Source: Pseudomonadota bacterium
GTDB lineage: Bacteria; Bdellovibrionota; Bdellovibrionia; Bdellovibrionales; Bdellovibrionaceae
Direction of reading: 5' to 3'
Assembly (NCBI GenBank): GCA_041178425.1
Contig: JBEGVH010000009.1
Span: forward strand, 209,250-273,249
DNA: 64,000 bases
Shown: positions 40,069-50,492 of the stretch, one piece after another
Position numbering within the stretch: the first letter of the stretch is position 1
Layout of the letters: each line of letters begins with the position of its first letter
Position numbers and translations under genes: made by a program
Notes under the pieces: model-generated
Seen by the model: the letters and a program-made list of their open reading frames with translations, nothing else
Database searches by the model: none
What the model was told of the DNA's origin: nothing

Positions 40069-40998
40069 ATGAATCAAAGAGTTGAAAAGAAAATTGTTAA
40101 CAGAGCACCAAAAAGAACATTATTGGCAATCGCGATCTTCTTCCTTTCTTTAACCTCATTCCTATCTCCTGTTGCAATAGCCAAGGCTGTTAAACACGAT
40201 CGCGCTGCTGCTAAAGGCTGCATCAGCAAACTTAGTTATGACGAAGCGCTGAGTGCGCTCGAGCGATTTAACCTCACCACTGTTAATGGTTCACGCGAAG
40301 AAATCACTGCCCTCGGTACGGGTTTAGTGTGGATTGAGGAACTCAACGATGGAAAGCCTTTAGATATGGCGATTTATCGAGGTCCCAATAAATATCCGTT
40401 CATTTTTAAAAATAAAGGTACTCACAGCCAACAAACTCCTGCAGGCATTATTATCTCTCGTCGTGGAGCCATGAAGTTTGGTTCGAATGTAGCGCAACTT
40501 ATACACGAGTTGGGCCACTTGGTTGGCAACCAGGGTGGATATGCCGACTATTACCACCATGTGGGAAAAGCTCCATGCGTTGTTTCTGGATACAGCGACG
40601 ATCGTTTCAATGAACAGTTCGCCGAAGTCTTCGCCGCTTTCGTAACTCGCCCTAATCTGATTAAACGAAATCCCTCGGCCGCTTGTAAAAAAGCTTGGAA
40701 TTACTTTTCTAATGTTTTGTTTAGCACTGGTGATAATGCCATGGCCTGCATAAGAGGAAAAACAAAAGAACTTTTGGCTCGTCGGGCTGAGCTAGACGCG
40801 CAGAAAGCAGACGCCAAAGACGAGAACAACAGCGAGCAAGATCAGTCTCCTACCCAAGAGGCTCAAATAGCGCCCATTGATGAATTCGATAAAAAACGAC
40901 GAGAAGAAGAATATGAACGCTCCATTGAAGAAGCCATCAACCTAATGTTGAGAGATACGACTGAGTTTCAGCCCTTAGTTATTTCAGACGACGAGTGA
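40069..40998 (+). CDS. Secreted zincin-like metallopeptidase
   Basis: Signal peptide; IHELGH followed by SGYS...NEQFAE; GGAGG SD. Confidence 0.78.
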   Translation: MNQRVEKKIVNRAPKRTLLAIAIFFLSLTSFLSPVAIAKAVKHDRAAAKGCISKLSYDEALSALERFNLTTVNGSREEITALGTGLVWIEELNDGKPLDMAIYRGPNKYPFIFKNKGTHSQQTPAGIIISRRGAMKFGSNVAQLIHELGHLVGNQGGYADYYHHVGKAPCVVSGYSDDRFNEQFAEVFAAFVTRPNLIKRNPSAACKKAWNYFSNVLFSTGDNAMACIRGKTKELLARRAELDAQKADAKDENNSEQDQSPTQEAQIAPIDEFDKKRREEEYERSIEEAINLMLRDTTEFQPLVISDDE

Positions 40999-41020
40999 GT
41001 TTTTATCTCTCATTCATAAC

Positions 41021-43129
41021 TTATCGATAACAAATAACTTCGACCGAACGACTTCCAAAAGAACCTCCGTTCGGCGAAATCTCGGTGACGTAACCCGATC
41101 CATTAGTGTAATCGGCTTGTCGCCGGCAAAAACGTCGACCACAGGTATTCGTAAAACGTAATGATTGATGAACATTAATATTAGGATAACTTGCTTCTTT
41201 AGTTGGGTTCGCACCGTCGATACAGGCAATAGAGACTTCGTCGATGGTGGTTTGAATTCTCCTGACCACTGAGCCCGCTTCAAGCTGATTAAACACTTCT
41301 TCATTGTAGCAATTAATAAACGTTTTACCATTGCCTCGTTCGACCATTCGACCAGAGGTGTAGCCCTTCCCTAAGCCTCGACAGTATCGACTCGAGCACG
41401 TAAAAATCCAACGAACTTGCTTTAAGTCGCGTTCGACTCCGTTACTGGATTCTGGCAGACTTTGTCCAACAGGTACTACCGAATCGGCACACAAAGTATC
41501 AAGTCGACCATCTTCTACTTCTTCCGCCACTATTGCTGGAGGCAGAGAGAGAAGTTTTTGCCGACAGCTATCGGTGATGTCTGGTGGCGGTGAAGTTTTT
41601 CGGCACTCAAGCACTAAACCAATGTTACGTTCGACAACTCGACCTTCGATATACCCTTTTAAGGGGTTCAACATTTTGCAGTACCGATTTCCACACGTAT
41701 TAAAGAATCGAATCAGTTTGGGATCATCAGTCGGCATATTATCAGCCAACGTTGGCGTCACTGGGTCGATACAGGCTAGAGCCAAAGCATCATCGCTATT
41801 GAGAGATTCGGTTGAAAAATAGGAGCGACTTGCTTTCAAAACCTCCTCTTGAGTACAGGCCGAGATACATTTTTTTGCAGCAGCATCATAACGATAACCA
41901 CTACCACACTGACTACAACTCAAAACTCCAGAAGAACTTAAAATGAGCTCTTGGCCACTGGGGCAGGAACAACCATAGGCCGTATACGTTTGACCTGCAA
42001 TAGGACAAGAGCATCCCGAAGTGTTGGTTGAGCAACTGCCCGTCACCCATCGCAAAGGATTCACCTCGCAAGTAATTGAACACGTGGTGGTCGTCGTACC
42101 CGAGACCCCAGAGCCTTGGCACTGAGCAATGCTGCTCGTCGGCGGTTTGAGTTGTGGATCACAAGTCGTTACCTTACACCCCCCCGCACCGTCATCGACG
42201 GTCCCTGTCGCGCACTCGCAAAGACCCGAGGTAGAATTAAGAACCTTGCCGCTAGGGCATGCACATCCTGAGTAGTTCCACGAGGTGCAATTAAATCGTT
42301 CCCAATTATAAGTGTTGTTATTGCAGTTGACTCCACAAGTCCGGGTGGCTGTTCCTGCGCCATAGGAGCAAGCCTTTGATTCGGAGCTTGATGGTTTTTT
42401 GGCGGGGTCACAACTGTTGGCCACACACGTTTTTGTTGTTGAATCATGATGTTGCCAGTCGGGACAAGTACCACAGCTCGAACCAATAGGAAATTTGTTT
42501 GGCGGACACTGACATTGCCCACTAGAATCCATCGATTGCCCTGCCAGAGCGCAAGTACACTGCGAATAATTCCAAGGCGACCAAGTGCCGTATTCCCACT
42601 GGGTATTTAACGTATTGCAAATCTCGGTTCTCGCACGAGTCGCAAAATGAATTCCATCCGCGCAAATCTTCCGCTCGGTTGTACTCTGCCGCTGCGTTAG
42701 ATCACACTTAGGACTTTCGCAGCGACCGTTGATGAGTGTTTTTCCAGCAGGACACTGACAGATACCCGTCAGTGGATCAGGAATAAGAAGATTATTTGCA
42801 CAGCCACAATCTGAAATTGGAGAGGACTGCCACTCCCCTGGTGTCCATTGTCCATTTACGCAATAATACTCTCGCGTTCGTTTAACTGAATTTTTTAGAG
42901 GTCGGTTTCCACCATCAACAGGACACAAGATTAATTCTGAATCAAAGGGTTTTTTGCCGCTGCAAACCAAGCTACTAGGGCTACTCGAGCCCCCCCCGGG
43001 CGACAAAGATTGCAGGTTTGTTCGATCCACTGCGAACTGCACTTCGGAGCAATTTTGAAAGAGATTAAAGACAACCACTAATACAATGATTGGAAAAAGC
43101 ACTGCGATCTTCAATGAATACTCCCCCAT
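41021..43129 (-). CDS. Cysteine-rich surface (lipo)protein with TSP1/EGF-like repeats and three C-terminal TCxxR(Y/F)C repeats
   Basis: FQNCS lipobox-like N-terminus; repeated W..W..C.C units; NTCGNRYC, FTCSSRYC and NTCGRRFC; GAGGAG SD. Confidence 0.8.
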   Translation of the reverse strand: MGEYSLKIAVLFPIIVLVVVFNLFQNCSEVQFAVDRTNLQSLSPGGGSSSPSSLVCSGKKPFDSELILCPVDGGNRPLKNSVKRTREYYCVNGQWTPGEWQSSPISDCGCANNLLIPDPLTGICQCPAGKTLINGRCESPKCDLTQRQSTTERKICADGIHFATRARTEICNTLNTQWEYGTWSPWNYSQCTCALAGQSMDSSGQCQCPPNKFPIGSSCGTCPDWQHHDSTTKTCVANSCDPAKKPSSSESKACSYGAGTATRTCGVNCNNNTYNWERFNCTSWNYSGCACPSGKVLNSTSGLCECATGTVDDGAGGCKVTTCDPQLKPPTSSIAQCQGSGVSGTTTTTCSITCEVNPLRWVTGSCSTNTSGCSCPIAGQTYTAYGCSCPSGQELILSSSGVLSCSQCGSGYRYDAAAKKCISACTQEEVLKASRSYFSTESLNSDDALALACIDPVTPTLADNMPTDDPKLIRFFNTCGNRYCKMLNPLKGYIEGRVVERNIGLVLECRKTSPPPDITDSCRQKLLSLPPAIVAEEVEDGRLDTLCADSVVPVGQSLPESSNGVERDLKQVRWIFTCSSRYCRGLGKGYTSGRMVERGNGKTFINCYNEEVFNQLEAGSVVRRIQTTIDEVSIACIDGANPTKEASYPNINVHQSLRFTNTCGRRFCRRQADYTNGSGYVTEISPNGGSFGSRSVEVICYR

Positions 43130-43300
43130 TGAACTCCTCTTATTCTAGTGATTATTTCTAGCAATTCCCAATAGAATTTTAGGCGATATTCTTGCTTTGT
43201 CTCAAATTAGGATTTTTATAGCCAAGAAAACGATTTTGCCCCACCAAGGTCTCTTTTTGAGTATTCTAGAATGAGACACGGAAAACCAGAAGGGGTCGTC

Positions 43301-44260
43301 ATGCCTAGTCCGGATTATCGTTTTTCTATCATCCGCTTCGTTCTAATAACGACATCCCTATCGATCCTAGCCTGCCAGAAGTTTGTTCCGTTCGCTCAAG
43401 AAGCGAGCTCGAACTGGAATAGCCATTCAACATCTAACTCAAACGCAATTGATGACAGCAATACCAATACTAATTCTTCCTCCTTTGGCAGCGGCGGTGC
43501 AATAGAACCCGGGGCGCTGGGGCGTACCCCCAAAGGCGCAATCATCTACATACCGCAGGGCTATCGAAGTAGCAAATCAGCAAGTTCAGTCCTTGTTTTG
43601 TGGAATAGTAGCTACCAACATTGGAAGGCCTGGGCGGATCAAACAAATTTTATTCTTATCGATACCAATCCCCTCGACACAAAAGCAACCACAATCTGTA
43701 ACGGTGGCCAGACTATGCGAAGCAGTTATGTTGACCAAAAATATATTTTGACCCTGCTGGCCGAGGCCCGTGAGTTAGTATTGAAAGGCTATAATGTGGA
43801 TCGTTCAAAAATATTTTATGCAGGTTGGTCTCATGGGGGAGACCTCGCCATGAAGTTTGCGTCGCTTCCTCAAGCCGATAGTCTAGCCCCCGATGATCGC
43901 AACGACGTCTTCTGCTCCCCTCACCCTGATGAGCTTTTGGAGCTTCAGAAGGCCGCTCATGTTGGCCAGCAAGAGGTAGCGGGCGTTTTGGCCTTTCCTG
44001 GCCAATGGGGATTTAATCAAATCAATATGCTTAAGCAAACATACCAACTTAAGTTGCGTCAGTCGTGTTTTGCCTTTGTGGCCGGCGGCAACGACAGCGG
44101 CTACTCGCGCTCGCATCAAATCCTTGCCAACGAACTACAAAAGATTCCTGGTTATTCAAATCGTGTTTACCAAAAGGTTTGGCCAGGCTATGGACACAAC
44201 CTCAACAGCAACACCGCTGCCTTGAACGAGGCGATGAATTGGTTATTACAATGTCAATAA
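43301..44260 (+). CDS. Lipoprotein alpha/beta hydrolase (esterase-like)
   Basis: Lipobox ILAC; YAGWSHGG nucleophile motif; GGND and GYGH candidate Asp/His residues. Confidence 0.78.
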   Translation: MPSPDYRFSIIRFVLITTSLSILACQKFVPFAQEASSNWNSHSTSNSNAIDDSNTNTNSSSFGSGGAIEPGALGRTPKGAIIYIPQGYRSSKSASSVLVLWNSSYQHWKAWADQTNFILIDTNPLDTKATTICNGGQTMRSSYVDQKYILTLLAEARELVLKGYNVDRSKIFYAGWSHGGDLAMKFASLPQADSLAPDDRNDVFCSPHPDELLELQKAAHVGQQEVAGVLAFPGQWGFNQINMLKQTYQLKLRQSCFAFVAGGNDSGYSRSHQILANELQKIPGYSNRVYQKVWPGYGHNLNSNTAALNEAMNWLLQCQ

Positions 44261-44346
44261 TTGTGGATCAGAACTCATAAAAATTATAAAAAAAGATTCC
44301 AAGTCCTCCACTCATCGGGCTATAAAGGAGTCCTAGGAGAAATACA

Positions 44347-44871
44347 ATGGACGCGCATTATTCTAAAGTGATGAAAGCTCGAGAAGACGTAACTGAAACC
44401 GGGACCAAACTTTATTTTGCTTATTCAGGGGTTCTTGATCGTGAGGCCTTCGAACAGTGGCGTATGGAACACTCCTACCACTTTTTTAATCTCCCTGAGG
44501 GAAAAGTCGTTGCTGCTGAAAATCTTGATTTGATTTTTGATTTTCCCTCACGTTGGTGGGGTGGCCGTGTGGCTGGTCTTTGCGATAAAACAGGCAGTTC
44601 GGTCTACGGATTACTTTTTGAAATTCCAGCGAAGGAATGGCCGGTGGTGCAACACAAAGAAGGTGTCGTAACAGGAATGTCTATCGAACGCAAAGTGACG
44701 GTGCACGTCGACGGCCAAGCTATTGAGGCGACAGCCTTTACAACGAACCCTCAAAGAGCAAGTCTCGTTGGTCCGATTAGCGAGAACTACCTTGAAGCTC
44801 TTGAGCGTGGCGCTCGAAGTGCGGGGCTACCTGAGGCTTATGTTGTAGGTTTGGCTGAGCGAGCGAAGTAA
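44347..44871 (+). CDS. Gamma-glutamylcyclotransferase family protein
   Basis: LYFAYS, WWGGRVA, VYGLLFE, KEG and S..YL..L..GA...GLP..YV motifs. Confidence 0.85.
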   Translation: MDAHYSKVMKAREDVTETGTKLYFAYSGVLDREAFEQWRMEHSYHFFNLPEGKVVAAENLDLIFDFPSRWWGGRVAGLCDKTGSSVYGLLFEIPAKEWPVVQHKEGVVTGMSIERKVTVHVDGQAIEATAFTTNPQRASLVGPISENYLEALERGARSAGLPEAYVVGLAERAK

Positions 44872-44910
44872 ATAAAACAGGTGTTCAAACTACATTTGTG
44901 ATTACTACCT

Positions 44911-46173
44911 ATGAAACAAAAGCGTTGCCTCCTATGGTTTACAAAAGATCTTCGCATTCATGATAACCAACTCATCAATTGGGCTGTAAACGCTAATTGT
45001 GAGGTTCTGGCGATCGGGTTTGCATCGACCGAGAAATCGGTTTTTGCCAACAACTTTTATAATCAATCCCTCCTTGAGTTGAGGGATCGATTCCGCAACC
45101 AGGGCGTTCCCTTCTTTATTTTAGACGGTTCGCCAATCGACCAAATTCCCCAGTGGGTCGCAAACAATCACATTGATTATCTGGTTACCCAAGCTCCTTT
45201 TAACTCGAGGGAGCAGGTTACCTTAAACGGTTTAACAAGTCGCCTTGATCAAATTCAGGTCATTTCAATTTATCAACAAACGCTTTTAGACTTTGAACAT
45301 CTGCCCTTCAGTGTTGCAGAACTTCCTTTAGTCTTTACTGATTTTCGAAAAGACGTCGAAAGGCAACCTCCAATCCAATCGCCCAAGCCTTCCGAGCTAC
45401 ATTCGCTACAGGGATTCGAAGCCTTAAAGCCGAACGACTCGTTAATTTATGACGAAGTTATTAATCCTCCGCAAATCGAATGGCCCTTTGATCTTATTCC
45501 AGGAGAAGAGAGCGCCTTAAAAAGAGTGCATGAGTACTTTTGGGAAACTCAATCCATCTCAACCTACAAAGAAACTCGCAATGGCCTCCTCAATAAAAAT
45601 GATTCTTCAAAAATCTCTCCTTACTTAGCTTTGGGAGCTCTCTCCCCTCGATTGCTTTTTTATGAGCTTAAAAAGTTCGAAGAAATACACGGAGCCAATG
45701 AATCAACTCGATGGTTTTTCTATGAGCTTTTATGGCGTGATTATTTTAAATTTCTTGCTTTAGAAATTGGGCCAAAGCTTTTTTCTCCCAACGGCTTGAG
45801 CACCCCAACCAAAACATGGCTCAGCGATACTGAGATTTTAAACTCATGGAAAAACGGCGAAACAAAGGTGAATTTTGTTGATGCCAATATGCGAGAGTTA
45901 AAGCTCACCGGATGGATGTCGAATCGAGGTCGACAAAATGTTGCTAGTTACTTAGCAAAACACATCAATTTAGACTGGACTTTAGGAGCCAGACACTTCG
46001 AACAAAATTTAATCGACGATGACACCGAAAGCAACTGGGGCAATTGGCTCTATTTGGCCGGAGTGGGAACAGACCCCAGGAATCGACATTTTAACATTCA
46101 ACGCCAACAAGACTTGTACGATCCAAACGGCGATTACTGTAATAGATGGTTACCTCCCGCGAGCCTTCGATGA
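44911..46173 (+). CDS. Cryptochrome DASH / photolyase family flavoprotein
   Basis: WFTKDLRIHDN, YKETRNG, SSKISPYLALG, ELLWRDYF, GWMSNRGRQNVAS and GVGTDPR motifs. Confidence 0.92.
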   Translation: MKQKRCLLWFTKDLRIHDNQLINWAVNANCEVLAIGFASTEKSVFANNFYNQSLLELRDRFRNQGVPFFILDGSPIDQIPQWVANNHIDYLVTQAPFNSREQVTLNGLTSRLDQIQVISIYQQTLLDFEHLPFSVAELPLVFTDFRKDVERQPPIQSPKPSELHSLQGFEALKPNDSLIYDEVINPPQIEWPFDLIPGEESALKRVHEYFWETQSISTYKETRNGLLNKNDSSKISPYLALGALSPRLLFYELKKFEEIHGANESTRWFFYELLWRDYFKFLALEIGPKLFSPNGLSTPTKTWLSDTEILNSWKNGETKVNFVDANMRELKLTGWMSNRGRQNVASYLAKHINLDWTLGARHFEQNLIDDDTESNWGNWLYLAGVGTDPRNRHFNIQRQQDLYDPNGDYCNRWLPPASLR

Positions 46174-46278
46174 AGCCTCACCAAGGCCGAATTGGAAGAT
46201 GAAAGAGACAAAATCCTGCCCCATTGTTTCTTTTTGAGATTATTGTGAGATTCAAGATGAGATTGATCCATTTCTTTC

Positions 46279-46305
46279 TCAATCTATTCCGATAAATACC
46301 GATAA
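46279..46305 (+). promoter_or_regulatory. Putative sigma-28 (FliA) promoter with a duplicated -10 box
   Basis: TCAA-N15-ACCGATAA, plus a second TCCGATAA 10 nt upstream. Confidence 0.45.
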
Positions 46306-46319
46306 GATAAAGTGAGCAG

Positions 46320-48462
46320 TTGGGGGCTTTTATCTTAAGAACCGTGAGGGAATTAAATTATCATTTTAGAGATGATGGGGCGATACCCATTACAGGGAAT
46401 CGTTGGAATCGTTCTGTAAAAATAAACACAAAACGTTTAGTTTCTCATTCTGCTGGCGTATCTATTATCGAACTCATGCTCATGCTAGGGGTCATGGCGA
46501 TCGTTTCCCTGGGTGTTGCTTCCATCTTCAACTTTGGCTTTGAAGGCCTTCGGCATATGCAAGGAGGTACTGAGACTTTATCGCTTGAACAATTGATCGA
46601 AAGAACGCTTGCTCGCCCCCCCCTCTGTTAGCGAAAAGCAAAGTAATATTTCTAGAGTTTGTCCCGTAGGTCTCAGGGATATAGGTAACTACAGCGGTAC
46701 AAAAAAAGATTTAAATGGAATCTACGACGCTGGAGGATCAAATGTCGTTGCTTCCATCAACGTATTTGAGCTTTCACTTTCGACCTATGTGGACCAAGCC
46801 ATTGTTGGTCCTATTTCTTTTTCAGCCCCTGATGAGGCTCAACCAAATAGCCCTATGACTCCCTTTAACTACTGGCTTACAAACATTGTTGTAGTAGGCA
46901 CAAAAAATAATGCGAACAAGTTGGGAGGAGATACTTTTCGTGGCCGGGTTGGCGTTGGTTTAATTACTAAGGCAGACGGAACCCTTTATGATTGTAAGCT
47001 CAACACTCTCGATGAACGCAAAATTTGCGAACTCCTGGGAGGAACTCTCGCTCGAGATCCTATTCTGCTCCCACGATGTGTATTTAACCGACTTCCAGTT
47101 GTTCAAGACTGGAGCTTGATGCCAGCCAATAATACTCCCCCGTTTATTAATGGCGATACTTATGTTCAACGAATCCTGTTTGCGGGAGACGCTGCTACTT
47201 TGAATACTAGTTTTACAAACCGAACCAATTCGCCTAGACCTGTTGGCTTAGCCGTTGCCACTCCTGACAAAAAACTCCTTGCCGTTGGCGAAGGAGATGA
47301 CGGCAGCTTTGGATTTACTAGTTACAAAAACGGTTATCGAACTTGGTCGCTATTTCCTGATCCAAATACCGGCAATGGCTTATTCCCCAACGGCAAAATG
47401 GCTCTCAGAACCTATGGAGATACGCCATTTGTATTTGGCACAGGCTCTAGTACCTCAGCCGTCATCTCACCTCGGAGAAAACTTTTTGCCGTCAACGGCG
47501 CCATGACATCTACAGATCTTGGAAAAGCCAGATCCTACCTCAACGGCCAAAGCAGCACAAACCCACTCAGGGAAAATCTGGGTCTGCTCGTTATTCATGG
47601 TGATGACTCTAAGACCTTTCTTGGCTCAGCGGCGGGAGACAGCGCTTACGGTGTCTTCACGGTTTCTCCCACACAACCTTTGGGTGGCATTTTTTATGTT
47701 GATGCTTCGAGTCCTTACTGGAATGGCAGTCCCGCAGGGGGCATGGTCATGAAAGCCTATAACGGTAATGACCTCATCTTTATGAACAAAAATTCTTCTC
47801 CCTGCTTAGCCGACTGTGTTCCTCTCCTTATTAGAGGTGATACAGGGAACGCAAATATCGGCGGCGGTTTTACGATAAGGCATAACGCTAAACTCTATGT
47901 TAACGCAAAAGATAGCCTTATCGGAAATCCAGGGCTAAAGGTTTTAGGCCAGAGCACGTTTGACGGCGAAGTGAGATTTTCATCGATCAAAGAATCAATC
48001 TTTGATGGTGTTATGAGAGTCGCTGGTACGATTCATAACCCCAACACCGCAAGAATTGTTGTCGGGGATTCGGATGAACGGCTAAAAACAGACATTCAAC
48101 CTATTACTAATGCCCTCGAGAAACTTTTAAAAATAAATGGTGTTTATTACCGCTGGAAAAACAAAAAATGGGGGCCCCATCGCCAAATGGGTGTGATTGC
48201 CCAAACCGTGGAGAAGGTATTCCCTGAGGCCGTCTCTACGTCGCCATCTGGAACTAAGGCTGTTGCCTACCAAAACCTAGTGGCACCTCTCATTGAAGCC
48301 ATAAAATCTCAACAAAAAGAAATTGAAAGTCTCCAGCATGAGCATGATTCTTTAGCCGAAGAGCTAAATCAAATGCTCGAACGTCTGTGTCTTGATGCTC
48401 CGGATGAAGAGCTCTGTCGCCTAACAAGTGAAATTTCAAAAGAAGAATTGAGAACCCAATGA
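46320..48462 (+). pseudogene. Prepilin-like / fibre / peptidase-S74 protein 1, frameshifted at a C8 tract (phase-variable gene, pseudogene or sequencing error)
   Basis: ORF 46320-46631 holds G|VSIIELMLMLG, and ORF 46609-48462 holds the rest including SDERLK. Removing one C from 46616-46623 joins them into a protein collinear with the two downstream paralogs. Confidence 0.8.
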
Positions 48463-50492
48463 ACAATTTGACTTGGTTCTCTAAAATCAAATTGACGGCC
48501 GCAGACTTTAAAATAAAAGGCGATGAAGCTGGTGCCACTTTAATCGAGATGATGTTAATAGCGGGCCTCATTGGAATTCTAGCGACCGGAATTGCCGCGA
48601 TCTCAAATAATGGGTTTCAGAATTTGCGTAATATTCGTATCGGTAACGATCTTCAGAGCATTGAGAACTTAGTATCAACCGCACTTAAGAGGCCTGCCAC
48701 TCCCAATGAACTGCGACTCGGTGAACGAATTTGTCGCAAGAGCCTATCGAACCTCAATAAATATAATGGCCTTAAAATCACAGGTATAACCATCAATGGG
48801 CCAAATGGAGAGGAATTACTCGCTCCATTCAGAAAAAACTCATACACTGCAAAAGTCGAAATATCTGATGCTGTCATCGGGCCTATTCCAGCGATTTATC
48901 CAGACTCAGGTGCTAATGGAAAGCTAACAAATTTTAATGTTTTCATTACACACTTGCTGATCATTGGCGAAAAAGATGTTAACGATCAAAGTGTCGGAAG
49001 TAAAATAACCCGAACGCGTATTCCAATCGCCATCGTGACTTACCCTAATGGAGATCTCTACGATTGTGCTGTTAATCCAACGGATGACAAAAAAACATGT
49101 TTAATGCTTGGTGGTCGATTCACCGAGGATCCCTTATTAACTCCTCGTTGTTTGATGACCAAGCTTCCGATCGCAGATGATTGGGGCGCGATTCCTACAG
49201 CTTCAACATTTACTCTCGGAGATTTATTTGTTCAAAACGTAATCGGAATCGGAGTTAAAGATGAAATCACTAGAACGCGTCAGCTTTGGAAAGTACAACG
49301 AGGTGTTGCGCTAGGAGGTGCCGCGAATCAGGGAATGGCCTTTGGTGAACTAGAGAATGGAAACATTGGTATTGCTGCAAACCTCGATGGCTCTCGCTTT
49401 TATTCCTTATTGACCAAAGAGGATAAAAAAAATCTTTATAGCCAAGGTTATTTTTCATTAGATACCTATGGAGATCGAGCCTGGTATTTCGATGCCCTCA
49501 AGGGGACCTCTGGCAATAGCTTTGATATCGGCATGGGCCTGAATGGTTCCCGTAAGTTCTTCTTTTCTGAGGGTGCAATGGTTTCTGCCCGTCTCACAGA
49601 AGGCTTACAGTACCTTAATGGCACGCAAATGTTTCCTCTTGGTATCGATCGTGGCTTTATTGCCCATAATAGTGATAATAGAAAAACCTTACTCGGACGC
49701 TCTCTGGATGGGGCCTCAGGATTCTTTTTTGCTAACGATACCAACGTTTTCGGATCAACCAAAACTCTCGCAGGCGCCTATTGGACGAGTAACTACCCAG
49801 GTGGGGCCATGGTTTTCAAGGCCTATGGAGGTAGTGACCTCATTTTTCAGGTGGCACAACAACAAAATAATTGCAGCAACTGCACCGCGATGGTCATGAA
49901 GGGGCTAACCGGAGATATTGGAATTGGAACTGGATTTAGTCGACCAGAAGCGAAACTTCATGTCAGTGCAGGCAGTGCTTTTTCCCCCGCCTTGAGGGTG
50001 GTAGGTCGCACGGAGTTTCCGGGAGAAACAAGGATTATTGGCAACTCCTATTTGAATCGCTCCCTGGAGGTCAGAGGAACATTGCGTTCCAACCAGACGA
50101 TCTATGCGGCCTCCGATGAGAACCTAAAAACCGACATCGAACCTATCACCAACGCGCTCGAGCATATTCTTAAAATCAATGGAGTTTACTTTCGCTGGAA
50201 AAATGAACCCCCAAATTCATCTCCTACCATTGGTTTAATTGCCCAAAATGTTGAAAGGTCATTCCCCGAAGTTGTTTTTGATACAGAAAAAGGAACGAAG
50301 GCTGTGGCCTACGCTAATCTTGTCGCGCCTTTGATTGAAGCTATTCGCGAGCACCAAATTCAAATTAACGAATTAAAAAAGAAGAGAGATCAACTGCATC
50401 TAGGCGTTGAACGACTAAGAGCAAAACTCTGTGAAAAAAAATCTCAAGACATCATTGTGAAAAGAAACTGTAAGAAAGGAGGATCGCTGTGA
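48459..50492 (+). CDS. Prepilin-like / fibre / peptidase-S74 protein 2
   Basis: G|ATLIEMMLIAGLIG N-terminus; GDIGIGT..P.AKLHV fibre motif; SDENLKTDI...GLIAQNVE..FPEVV...VAYANLVAPLIEAI and a coiled coil. Confidence 0.88.
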   Translation: MNNLTWFSKIKLTAADFKIKGDEAGATLIEMMLIAGLIGILATGIAAISNNGFQNLRNIRIGNDLQSIENLVSTALKRPATPNELRLGERICRKSLSNLNKYNGLKITGITINGPNGEELLAPFRKNSYTAKVEISDAVIGPIPAIYPDSGANGKLTNFNVFITHLLIIGEKDVNDQSVGSKITRTRIPIAIVTYPNGDLYDCAVNPTDDKKTCLMLGGRFTEDPLLTPRCLMTKLPIADDWGAIPTASTFTLGDLFVQNVIGIGVKDEITRTRQLWKVQRGVALGGAANQGMAFGELENGNIGIAANLDGSRFYSLLTKEDKKNLYSQGYFSLDTYGDRAWYFDALKGTSGNSFDIGMGLNGSRKFFFSEGAMVSARLTEGLQYLNGTQMFPLGIDRGFIAHNSDNRKTLLGRSLDGASGFFFANDTNVFGSTKTLAGAYWTSNYPGGAMVFKAYGGSDLIFQVAQQQNNCSNCTAMVMKGLTGDIGIGTGFSRPEAKLHVSAGSAFSPALRVVGRTEFPGETRIIGNSYLNRSLEVRGTLRSNQTIYAASDENLKTDIEPITNALEHILKINGVYFRWKNEPPNSSPTIGLIAQNVERSFPEVVFDTEKGTKAVAYANLVAPLIEAIREHQIQINELKKKRDQLHLGVERLRAKLCEKKSQDIIVKRNCKKGGSL

